From contig OZ024741.1 of assembly GCA_964016885.1 (NCBI GenBank), positions 313,968,001 through 314,032,000 of the forward strand: a stretch of 64,000 nucleotides of DNA. The letters run 5' to 3'. Source of the DNA: Eledone cirrhosa. Lineage: Eukaryota. Positions 39,301-51,399 of the stretch are shown piece by piece. How positions within the stretch are numbered: position 1 is the stretch's first letter; each line of letters opens with the position of its first letter. A program made the position numbers and the translations under genes. The notes beneath the pieces are model-generated. The model worked only from the letters and a program-made list of their open reading frames with translations. It ran no database searches and was not told the origin of the DNA.

Positions 39301-39619
39301 TGGCGAGAATGGCCCGTGTGAATCGGCCTTCACTCTACATCAGACTATAGGTGAGGAAGATGAAAGTCCAAGGGAGCACCCCCTCTCTGTGCTCCTGAGG
39401 AGAAGGGTTGCACACTTTTTTTCGGGGGTGTGTGCGACCCCCCAAGGCGCCACCTCCCTATTGAGGATTTTGTTATAAAATTTATTTTGTTATATTTTTT
39501 TTTATTTTTATACTTTTATATCTTGCTTTTGCCTCCTCCATATTGAAGACGTCTTTGCATGTAAACTCCCCCCTTTGTACTTGTCCCACTTTTGATGCCC
39601 TGGTGGCAAATAAAAAGAA
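36379..39619 (+). mobile_element. Tx1-clade LINE, ORF2-only, internally deleted, inserted in Penelope pseudo-LTR
   Basis: APE MLRVGCLNARDL..GDWN..SDH, RT LDQSKAFDRV, RQGCPLS, C-terminal CLRC..HALVYC, AATAAA end. Deletion at ~37668; pLTR sequence resumes at 39620. Confidence 0.9.
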
Positions 39620-39646
39620 AGTTATCTATTTTGTTAATATTTTGAA

Positions 39647-39685
<39 letters not shown>

Positions 39686-40131
39686 TTATCTTTGAACAGG
39701 TGTACGAAGTCCATTTATCGATCGTATTCTGATGTGGATTATCTTGCCTCTACTTTTGGCGTTGATCTTCCTAATGTTATGTGTGTTGGTAACAGTACTT
39801 TGGAGGTATGTGATTTCTTGTATAAATACAATTGTTATAGGTAACTGGTCAATTCTGATGTTTTGTTTTAGACTCAATAAAATTGTATTTTTTTTATGTT
39901 TGTACATTGTGTAATTGAGCTCCGTATGTTTTTGCGATGACTGTTCAATATAAACACATATTTTCCCAGTTACGCTGTCCTGTGAATCTTAATGACCACG
40001 TATTGAAAATATTAAATGTACTAATTGCAGTCTTTTGACTAATTATTGCGTCATAATTCGTCCAGGACATTTTAAAATTTCTTATTAACTTGACACCAAC
40101 ATATTCATTTTTCGTGTTCGATAGGCTAAAA

Positions 40132-40428
40132 CAGGGTTGTTAAACCTATTCCATTGGCGAGCCAGTTTTGAACATTGGAACAACTATTAGGGTCATTAAT
40201 ATTTATTAAGAACTATTCCAAAGATTCACCACAACTTCTTTTCATAAAGATCTAGGAAATTATAACACATAACCCTATCAGTGAAGCCCTTTAGTATAGG
40301 TCAACTAATAGAAAATGGTATTACTAAATAAGCCAACAAGGTAGAGATTAAAAACAGTTATTGCAGGCCACCCTGACTGGTCTGGCGGGCCCGGTTGTGA
40401 CCCGCCGGTTGCCTGTTTCACGTCCCTG
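40132..40428. mobile_element. hAT (Charlie-type) MITE
   Basis: Imperfect TIRs cagggttgttaaac / gtttcacgtccctg; 8-bp TSD ggctaaaa / gtctaaaa; GC-rich subterminal gcgggcc..cccgc. Confidence 0.7.
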
Positions 40429-42622
40429 GTCTAAAACAAGCGTTGCCTCGATGTTATTTGAATACAGATACATCGGGCATAAAGATGGAAACTGTGGAGT
40501 ATGTCATTTGTTTCTCTTTATTGTGCATTTCCTTTATATTTCATATTAGTATTTTATTGTTTTTTTAGAAAATATTTTCATTAGCTAATTACATTTTCTA
40601 CAGCTCAAGCAATGTTAATTTTATTATACGATTGCATCAAGAACAAAATGTCGCGAGTTAAATGGATATTTATCGAAATAATGTATAATTTAATAAAATA
40701 TGAAGTCTTATATATCAGCCACATGATATAGTTGTGAATACAATGAACACAACGGTACAGTCCTATATATATGGAGAGCGAGACAAGTAAGCTGTAAGAC
40801 GACAACTTGGTGAGATTTAATTCTTGGTTTTGACAGATAGCATATTTGATTGTACAATAAAAACCATCAGTTGTTTTTAAAAGATTGTTGATATTCCTAG
40901 ATTTGACAGAACTCCAAATAATGTAATGGGGTTTTAATTGATTAAAACTGACGCAGGATAAACAGATAATTTGAAGAACACAGTTCAAAACAGTAAAATT
41001 GATCCTATTAATCATCGTTCTTGTCATGAACAATGTCAGTGATTCCTAACTTAAGAACGGGGACTCAAATTTTAGTGAGAGATAGATGTAAAAACATCGA
41101 GGCTGTTACTTATAGAAAGTTTATCAGGAACGGAAGAATGGAAGTCATATTTCCACTGAATGACATATTAATTCTGTGTTAAACGACAAAACGCATTACA
41201 TCATGTCATTAAGAACAGCGCGTTACTGACTCTATTAACCAACACCTTTCGGAAATTCAATAATAGCATTGTTATAGAGAACCCAAATATAATATTCTAT
41301 ATTTTTTCCCTACACCATTAATCCAAGTTCAAATCCATCTGGAGATAATTTACTGTTCCATAACTGTATAATTTACTGGAGTTAGGGTCTATTAATGTTA
41401 TCCCTCTTCTGTTGTCTTTTAAGCTCATGTCACTCATTACTGAGGAAACCTATGATCAAGAGATTTCCAATGAAGATCATACTATTATGTAGGTGTATTG
41501 CGGAGAACATTATCAAACGTGTTTTTGACTGCTTTCTTTAGCAGGCCGAGCGGTCATAAAATTAGTTTCTCCACCTCACTTGTTTAATAAATATGTTAAC
41601 CATTCAAATAATTTTCTAAGAAATAGATTCGCAGAACCAATTAGATGTAGCCAGGTCTCAAACATTTGCATCTGTCAGGTTTTTACTGATACAAGACACT
41701 TGAATACCTTTACCTCATGCATTATCCTTATTCAATAGACATGTTATAAATATTATCTCAATAACTATATATTTCCCAAACCCAGTTAAAATATAATTAA
41801 AAATACGGGATAACACTCAATCTGATGAAGTCTTAGGCAAGTATCATAAAATATATTATCCAGAAATCTAATTATATAATAAGATAAACAAATTTTGAAA
41901 CAGTTACCAATTTGCATCAGCACTGATATATGTACCTAAGGCATATTGCCTCTAAGAAATACGACTTACATGGCCACAATAATATAAACTGGCATGACAT
42001 ATGTATTGAGAAACCGAACCGATTCGCAATACAAGACTGTTATTTATTCTATCGATTAATCAGTAGCGGTGAAAATCACTTTCGTATCAGAATGAGTGAA
42101 AATAAATGAAACAAGGACTTATTTTATATTGGTTAAAATAATGATCTTACTTCTGTTAATTGTTTCAATTATATAAGAATGGAGGAATTAGATTTTGGAT
42201 GAAAATATCTCTCTGAAAATTATTAGTGATACGAGAAGTTGTCTTCGATGAAAAATATATAATGTGTTTTAGATATGACTGAATATGAGATTGTGACCAA
42301 GTCGTCATTCACTCGTCAATTATTTTTATTTTGTTAAGTACAATATTATTTAATAATTTTTAAATTTCCATTTGCTGTAATAAAATTAGTAATTAATTTG
42401 TAATTCAACTGTAACATTTTTATTGTCTTAACTTGAAAGACATAGTTCTCTACATTACAATCTAGTTCTCACTTTTACTATCCACTTGTTCAAAATATAG
42501 CTACTCTCACAGAAACCAGGTGCCATGATTGTATTAACATATGTAGGCGGATAGAGTAAACATGATACGATGTAATTAGGATACCTACTAAATTATAATT
42601 AAATATTTACATCCACTTGCAG

Positions 42623-43385
42623 GAAGAAAAACCAAGAAATTAAAAACAGCGGCAATGACAGCGAAAAAGACAGAGTCATGACAGCGGAAGAGACAGAGGA
42701 AAAGACAAAGGAAAAGTCAGAGAATGAGACAGTAGATAAGACAGCAGAAGAGACAGTGCAAAAGACAGAAGAAATGACAGAGGAAAAGACAAAGGAAAAG
42801 ACAGAAGAAAAGACGGCGGAAGAGACAGAGGAAAAGACACCGGAAAAGACAGAGGAAAAGACAGCGGAAGAGACAGAGGAAAAGACACCGGAAAAGACAG
42901 AGGAAGAGACAGAGGAAAAGACACCGGTAAAGACAGAGGAAAAGATAGCGGAAAAGATAGCGGAAAAGACAGAGGAAAAGACAGCGGAAGAGACAGAGGA
43001 AAAGACACCGGAAAAGACAGAGGAAAAGACAGCGGAAGAGACAGAGGAAAAGACACCGGAAAAGACAGAGGAAAAGACAGCGGAAGAGACAGAGGAAAAG
43101 ACACCGGAAAAGACAGAGGAAAAGACAGCGGAAGAGACAGAGGAAAAGACACCGGAAAAGACAGAGGAAAAGACAGCGGAAGAGACAGAGGAAAAGACAC
43201 CGGTAAAGACAGAGGAAAAGACAGCGGAAGAGACAGAGGAAAAGACACCGGAAAAGACAGAGGAAAAGACAGCGGAAGAGAGAGAGGAAAAGAAAGTAGA
43301 AAAGACAGTGCAAAAGACAGAAGAAATGACAGAGGAGGACTCAGATGATGAGTCAGAGGAAGCAGCTTTCTGCAGATTGATATAA
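42623..43385 (+). CDS. Probable terminal exon of a host gene: acidic T-E-E-K repeat protein ending in CaaX-like CRLI
   Basis: Acceptor ttgcag at 42617-42622; open frame KKNQEIKNSGNDSEKDRVMTAEE... through the repeat to DSDDESEEAAFCRLI*; AATAAA ~40 nt after the stop. Confidence 0.55.
42678..43335 (+). repeat. 12-bp minisatellite (acagaggaaaag variants) with 60-bp higher-order period
   Basis: TAEE-TEEK-TPEK-TEEK units repeated. Confidence 0.9.
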
Positions 43386-43544
43386 CATAGCTATATTTAT
43401 ATGTATCGATATCTCTTCAAATAATAAACGCAACATATATTTCTCGGTTTATCTATTTAGCTGCAGTTCATCTATGCATGTGTCACTCAATGCGTTTTTC
43501 TATCTATCTATCTACCTATCCATCTACCTATCTACCTATCTATC

Positions 43545-45451
43545 TAGGTCGACCATCGATACTTGGAAGCGGTTCTCAAGGCAGCCGGTCTCGGACCCGT
43601 CTTCAGAGGCTGGATCGCCGCAATACACACCAACATCTGCTCGATGGTCAAGGTGAACGGCTACCTATCGGAGCCGTTCGCAATCACGCGTTCCACCCGA
43701 CAGGGATGCCCTCTCTCCTCAATTCTGTAAGTACTGACTCTAGAGCCTTTACTGCGGAAGTAGGAGCTGAGCTGCTGCAAGGCATCCCGTTGGGACCGGG
43801 ACTTCGGAAAGCGGCGTCAGCTTATGCCGACGACGCGACAGTAATGGTGTCGGAAACATCGAAAATCGGGGCGATCGGCAACTTACTGCAGGAATACGAA
43901 AGTCTCACAGGAGCAAAACTGAACCCGGACAAGTCTGTCGGTTTACAACTCGGAACATGGCGAGGCAGGCCGATGCCGTCCGACAGCGTCGTCGGACGCT
44001 GGACGGACGGACCGGTGAAATTGCTCCGGGTCTGATTCGGTCTGGACTTCCAGGTGGAGAAAAACTGGAACGAGGTCATGGCCAACGTATTTGCGCTCAC
44101 CCAGAAGTTGGCACAGTACAAACTATCCTTGAAAAGTCGAGCGGGGGTAGCGAACATTTTCATAGTGTCCCTCATCTACTACCGCTTGACCTTCGTGCCT
44201 TGTCCCCGTGAACACCTCACCAAGTTGGAACGCGTGCTCTTCCAGTTCCTTTGGAAGAAGCAGGCTGGTGAGGAGATCCATCTGCTGTCAACACCCTTCC
44301 AGCGGAGGGCTGGGAATGCCGTGGCTAATGATGCGCAAATATGCGCTGAGGCTATGGCATCTACATGTATTCCTCACCGACCAACCAGTGTGGGCACCGT
44401 TTGTGAGACAGGCCTCCCCGCAACTTGTCTCGATGACTGTGCTGCAGTGCTGGGTCAAGCGGACATCGAAGAAGGGCGCATGGCACATTGAATGCACTCA
44501 GGCCCTCACAGTCCTCTGTCAAGGGGGCACAGCAATCAGTGGTGACTACACTTCGACATTCTATAGAGGATTAGTACGTCACAAGAGCGACTATGTGCTT
44601 CGGAGAGGCTCTATGCGTCGAGGACGACGAACTCACCGGTCTGTTTGGTAGGACTCTCCGCCCGGGACCCATGGACAACTTCCAGAGGTCCCTGGCGTGG
44701 AAGTGTTACCGAGGAGCTCTAACAGTTTATTATAAGATCTACAGGCACAAAACAGGGTTTCCTTCCAAGAAAACGTGTCCAAGATGCGTGCAGAACATTG
44801 AAACTCTCTTGCACGCAATTGTACACTGCCTCGGCGTAACCGACTTGTGGTACTATGCTAAACAGCTGCTGTCGCGTATAGGACAAATCCAGTTGCCTGC
44901 CGAGTCCTTAGTAAGGATCAAACCGCCAACTTCTTTCAAGAACGAAAGAGAGGCGGTTTTTCTGTATAGTGTCTAAGGTGAAAGAGGTTATATGGTGGAC
45001 AAGATTGTGGGGACTGAGGACAGGTGCCTTTCTCTACGGACAACAACTCATTCTCTTCTTTAGGTACCACTTTACAAGGAGAATCAGAGTGGAGGGAGAG
45101 GCACTGCACTCCAGTAAATCTAGTGAAAGGTGGGTTAATGTGGCAAAAATGGCTCGAGTGATTGGGCCTTCTCTGTATATATACCTGTAGGTTTATATAC
45201 AGAAGGAGGAAAGGAGTAAAGGAGTACTTGCACAAAAGGAGGAAAGGAGTTCTTGCACAACACGCTCCTGAAGCTGAGGGTTGATCTATCGACGGGTTAT
45301 GAAACAACCCATTTGTGGCGCCCCCCTCCTATTGGGGATTTCGATTGTTAAATTTGTTTGTTTCAATATTTTTACACGATTGTATGTAAAATCCCCGGCA
45401 TGTGTCCTTGTTTTGTCCCCTTTTCTTGTGCGCCCGTGTGGCTAATAAAGC
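43545..45451 (+). mobile_element. Tx1-clade LINE, 5'-truncated, in (TATC)n
   Basis: RT SAYADD, GLQLGTWRG, CPRC..ETLLHAIVHC, gtggctAATAAAg end; (TATC)n on both flanks. Confidence 0.88.
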
Positions 45452-47217
45452 AATATATTTATCTATATATCTATCTATATATCTATCTACTTATCTATCT
45501 ATATGTCTGCCCTGTCATCCCGTGCGTCCTTCCGTCCATTTGTCCGTCCATCCGTCCGCCCATCCATCCATCCCGGCGTTTTAGTGTATTTTTTATTGTC
45601 AATTACGTGCGTTGGCGCTGTTAAATTAAATTTACTAAATTCAAAAAAATTGCAAGGCACACAATGGTTCTGAAAATATGTTGTTTGTTTAAATACTGAG
45701 GGATTAATCTTATGTCCACTAATAAATGAAGAAATATCTTACATCTTTACTGTTTTTTAAAAAGTAGGAAACATTGGTCGATAGACTACAATAGATACGA
45801 CCAGCTAAAACAACATTGTTTTATAATCTTCTCTATATAGGCTCACTTCTCATATTTTCATTTCTTTCTCTTCACTTTTTTGACTCTCACTTTTCCTCTT
45901 TCTTTTTTTTCTGACCCTTTTCTTCTTTCTTAACATCACGCCCTCTCTTAGTTTTTGAGAGACTACTTCATTGATTGTCTTGCAAACTTGTAACGAACTA
46001 CTTAGAATAAGCATGTCATCTTCAGCTACATCTGTATATATCTGTCAATAAATCGTGTAACAGAGACGATATGTGGCTCGAGATCAGTGAGATAAAATCT
46101 CTTGTGGTAGTGCCATTTGAAATAGTATATCTCTTTATACATTTTTGTGGGTTGCTCAGATGTCTAGCCACCCTATTTAAGGCCCGAATGTTGTTATTGG
46201 GTACAACTAACGTATTTCATATCATTGAACATTTTTAGACAAAGGGTTCAGTGTGAGAATAACATGATAGCTTGCCGTGTTCCTTTCAGGATCAACTTCT
46301 ACTGTATTGTTCCACTGACTTTCAAGGAGGGAAAAGATAAAATATCTCCCATTGGATACTTTTAGCTAGACAACGCAGAACTATACAATGAATGTGACGA
46401 TTTGGAAGACTATGTTTTATGTTGGGGTTTAATTTTTACTCATGTTTTCTTTCAATCATTACAGGTTTTCGAGAGAAGAATGTAGTCTGCTACAGTTTTC
46501 CAGCTGGATGAGCTACAGATATCAAAGGAAGGGTTACTTGCAACTCAAATGTGTCGCATTTCTCTTTCTATATTTATAACATTAATAATGAAAACTATCA
46601 AACATTCAAATTCATTAAACAATTAAAAAAATGTTGGGGATCAGATTCTCACATCTTTTTCCTTAATAGATTTTCAAAATCAGAGAGAATTCCCACGACA
46701 CTCTCGTCTGAATTTCTTGTTTGATGTTCAAGTTGAACATCTGTAAATCATTGTTAAAAACATGAGTCGGGCATTATAAAACTAGACGGGCATTGCTTTG
46801 GACAGGATAGATTGTGGGAATCCTTAAATGGAGAGAGAACAATATTACCAAGAAAAAGTATGAGAGTTGGCTAGGATACGATGAATACGCATGAGGTGAA
46901 AAAGTTATGCAAATAATTTAAGCAGGAGAATTATATGATAATTTAAGCAGGAGTAAAGTGTAGCAAATTTTGAGTTGCAGAGTGCCTCATTAGAGGCAAT
47001 AACAATGTAGAACATCAAGGAATTTGTAAAGGCGGGAGACATTAATCAAACGTAAAGAACACAATATTTGAGAAAGTGTCAACTTATATTTCCGTTAGAT
47101 CTAGATCTGTGAAACCATATTCGTTGTCTCTGATGTCTGGTGGAGAGAAAATGTGATGCAATAAGTGATTGTTGAGAATTGTTTGAATTACCTTTCAGAT
47201 ATTGGAGGAAATATGTT

Positions 47218-47414
47218 CGAGGGTCGGCTAAACATTTCATAGGCTGAAAATTCCAAACTCTAATGGAGTGACTAAATGAAGTTCATTTTTTCACATAGTT
47301 CCTGGAAAGGAACAATGCACTTATTAATATGAATATTTAATGCATACAAGATGTCACTGACGTAGCAGCATCACTCTTTTATAGTTAGCCTATGAAGTTC
47401 TCAGCTTATTCTTG
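47218..47414. mobile_element. Tc1/mariner MITE, degenerate
   Basis: TIRs cgagggtcggctaaacatttcataggctga / ttagcctatgaagttctcagcttattcttg. Confidence 0.65.
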
Positions 47415-48475
47415 TTTGTAATATTTTTTGTTAGTGAGATTGTACATACTTAAACTTATCTTAAGCATAAGTATAAACATTTATATAAGGTAACAGAGGC
47501 AGGAACAGCATATGGAGAATAGGAGCAGATAAATCCAATAGAAAATTAAAATTTTTAGAAAGCATGTTGTTACAGATGTTGTTACAGTGAAAAACATATA
47601 ATAAGTAGTTAATAAAGCTAATAAAGTTAATAAGAGAAGGCATGCAATTCAAATATAAATTTAAAAATGCATCTCCAAAATATATTCTTTTTAAATGTAT
47701 TTAAATATATATTAAAAAATACATTTAAAAAAGTTTAGATGCACGTGTAGCATAGCGGGGGATTACAGACAGATGCCATACTATAAGTTCGACTATATAA
47801 TTCACTCATAATAATTACTATTATTTTTCAAAAGGTCCAAAGGAGCTAATGTAATGTGGAGTAAATAAATATAATCATCAAAGTAAAAAATCAAATATAG
47901 ATGCAAGTATTATCAATTAGGCACTCAAGACACATCATCTAAAGCACCACATAGTTGAATAGAAGAAACAAAGTCATATGCCATCAAGAGTACAAATCAT
48001 CCATCTTAGCATGGAATTAAAAAAAAATAATCCTTAGAAAATAAAAGACGGTTAAAACAAACAAAAATAAATAATGGGGAGGTATTTCATGTAAGAAATT
48101 CTATATATTAGAGAGTTACTATATATTTAGTATGAAAAAGTAGAAAAGGTTAGTATGTAAAGATATATGGGAATCGAATATTTAAAAAAATGTTTTCAGG
48201 TCTAATGATTGCAAAACTAAAGAACTTTAAAAGAATAACTTTACAAATTACAGAGAAAGAAATTATCTATAAAAACTAAAAATATGTATGTGTATATTTA
48301 TATGTATATAAATAGTTTTACTCCCTAACCTTATGTGCTGCGTCTGAGTGTGTATATATATTTTTTTTCCCGTTATTTTATTTTATTATTTCATTTCTTC
48401 TTTTTTTTTTTATTTCAGCCTCGCTTTCAATTGTAATAGCTTTTGTTTTTAATTCCATATCTCACATCTGTATTA

Positions 48476-48557
48476 AATTTTCCTTTCTGATGAACGACTT
48501 CAGACACCTTTGTTGAGGTCGCCTGTCTTCGTAAAACATTTGGTAAATGGAATAATT
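48476..48557 (+). ncRNA. Degenerate paralogue of the 31931 hammerhead
   Basis: CTGATGA 48487-93, stem II acga..tcgt, AAAA in place of GAAA, GGUA site, stem I ttccttt/aatggaa. Confidence 0.55.
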
Positions 48558-49299
48558 GTATTGTGTTATTACATAATTATATATATATACATACACATAG
48601 ACACAAACGCACACGCACACACTGGCACACACATACACACGCACACACACACATATATATATATATATGTGCATGCCTGCATGCACATATGTATGTTATA
48701 TGCATTAATGTATGCATCTGAGTGAGATGTACAAAAGTATTAATGTCTACGTTAATGCTTTTGTACAATAGACGTTGTGTGAAAGTTATATTTGGCGATT
48801 CACATCTATAAAATAAGTAGCATGCAGAAATCTTTGGTTTCGATATTTTGGTCTAAATTTCTTGTGCAACTGGTGTCCCAGCAATGGGTAAAGTCCTATG
48901 ACTGACACTACTTTAAATAGTAGAAGGTTAAACCAATTATTTGAACTGGATCAATTTAATTGGGTTTACTCACCAATAATTTCGACTTCACACAAAGCTG
49001 GTGAAATTATATGATATTTTCTAAAATACACAGTGACTGATCGGCCTGATTTCCATATTAGCAGACTGGCTAATCAGTCAGATCTGCATATTAGCAGATT
49101 CACTGATCAGCCAGATTTGTATATCAGCAGATAGGCCAGTCAGTTTCATGTATACGAGCGATTAATGGCCGGCTTTGCCATATTCAAGTAACTAACAAAC
49201 GTTTATCGCTCTGCATGGCTGTATACATTATCTGTAATCTGAGTTTTTCGAATATTAATAATAATATTCTATTCGTTTGTAATTATGCATGTCATTGTT

Positions 49300-50930
49300 G
49301 TAACTAATTATACTTAACTCGTACTATGGACTGAGTGGTCTGACACTCGGATATGTATGCGGAATTTGTAATACAGTGTATATATATATATATGGTGAGT
49401 GCTATGGACAGGGGAACTGACAAATTCACCAATCGTGTGGGGGTTGGGCTATGCAATATGGTAGGTCTAATTTTGTGTTGGTTGTCTCGATGTGATCGGA
49501 AGGGAGGTGGAGTGGTTGACCGCATGCCAATAGATCATATTGTAATGAGATGCCTTGCTAAGTATTGCCGTTTTAATGCCGCTATTGGATTGGTGTATGG
49601 TTTAAGAGTTGGATGAGTGGCTTGGGTTAGTTCGAATTTAGCTGCTTATGCGCCGACAACATGTACAGTTAATTTTGTGGTGTCAAGTGACTGTATAGCT
49701 ATTTAAACTTGGCTGCATCAGCGTAAGTGTTTATTCAAGCGCTAGACATGTTTATCATCTTCTGGGTTGTTGGTGTTGGTGTGGTCTTGTGGGGTCTGAT
49801 GACGAGATTTAGGTGGAGTCGTGCTAGTTTGTGTGTCTGTACTGTGTGGACCCAGGTGTGTATCTGCAGATGTGGAGGCATAATTTTGTGTGCAAAAGTA
49901 CTGTGTTTACCTAAGTGTGTATATGCCGGTGTTCATGTGCACAATGGTTATTGGAAAATATAGTTTTACACTCCTTATTTAATAGTTGTTTCTTGGCGAA
50001 GACAATTTGGCACATAATTTACACGGGCGACGTCCTTCTGCATATGGTTTGGCCTTAAATAAGTTGCTCCAATTCAGTCCGTAGGTAATGTTGTTATCAC
50101 CTGACCTCCCATATATGAAGGGATAGTATTGTAGCATTTCTACGGGCCGGAGTTTTAAAGGTATGTTGGTGTTGGTAGAGTCTTGTCTTAAATTCGCAGG
50201 TTGTTATTCCAATGTACATTCTGATATTACGTTTCCGTCATTTGATGTTTAATGGTCAGGAGTTTTTGTCCGTGCAATTACATGGCTTGGTTTTCTCCTC
50301 ACTGTGGTCTGAGCGGTATCAATTAGGTTTGAGTTTGACAGTGTTTGAGTATCTGATGATTTACATGAAGTTGGTTGTTTTGCTGTAAGGAAGTATGATC
50401 ATGTTTTTGTGAAAAATTATGTGGTATGAAATGTTTGATGAGAAGTTTCAAGAAAATATTCCACATTAGTGTGGTGACATAAGCGTTGAGAGGAGGATCA
50501 AATCAAGTTACGTTAGGTGAGCAGCGGTCGTGCAAACTATTTCTACGATGGGTGAAGTCAGGATGAGCTGTGGCTATGGTTATGTTTAATGGACAAGAAT
50601 GATTATTTAATCTTGGTTAAAATCCTTCCTAGACATGGTGTCCCAATAAAAAGTCTGGTTGCTAGTACACTTAAATTATAATTGAAAATCACTATTACAA
50701 GTAGTTTACATCACGGTATAGATGGGAATAAAACCCATCATGATGTGTCCGGTAGAAGTTCCATTGATCTGGAGGGGTTTTGTTTGGTGCGGGACCATTG
50801 AATATGGTTGTTATGTAGTGATATTTTAGAAGCAACACATTAGATGAGTATGGTATCTCTTTAATTTTAGTCAGGCAGAAGTTTCTTAGAGAATGAAACC
50901 TAAGGGATATTTTTCTCCACAATTAAACAG
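49300..50930 (-). mobile_element. Highly decayed retroelement, possibly Penelope-like
   Basis: Only weak resemblance to RT/GIY-YIG fragments; no long ORF. Confidence 0.3.
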
Positions 50931-51399
50931 CCCGTCTTATCAGGCACAAGCAATAAGAAAAAAAAAATACTGAATAACAGAATTGGAGTCGGAAGAGATA
51001 ATATGAAAATTAATAGGTGAAAATAAGAATGAGTAAACGGAAGATGTACAAATTGATACAAATGAAGAAGCAGGAACTAGTGGTGCCCATGATACATAAA
51101 ATGGGTAAAGTGTAATTTGTGCTATTAACATTGACGAATTAAGCATTGACGTGGTAAATATACTGATTAAAAGTACTTTTAAAACGTTGAGACTAGACAG
51201 TTAAATGGTGTGACACGCTAGATTAACTGACTCTCTCAATAGTTTGAGGTAAGGGGCATCAGAGAAATCAATGATATAATTAGATCTGGCACAGCGTATG
51301 TTGGAAACATACTTACATTAAAGAATATATTGTAAACATGCTAGGCCCTGGTAGAAAAGAAGGATACAAGAGGGAAAGAATGCTGTTAGAACGAGTTAC

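Noticed and set aside
39686-39914. Possible LINE ORF1/APE start relic (IRSINGLRTP)
   Set aside because: Single weak motif cut by (TA)n; insufficient.
40603-40790. Possible host exon (acceptor ttttctacag, donor gtaagc) and the antisense 142-aa ORF
   Set aside because: All plus frames hit stops and no recognisable domain.
46280-46535. Two acceptor-like sites followed by exon-like sequence
   Set aside because: Frames contain stops; cannot support a gene model.
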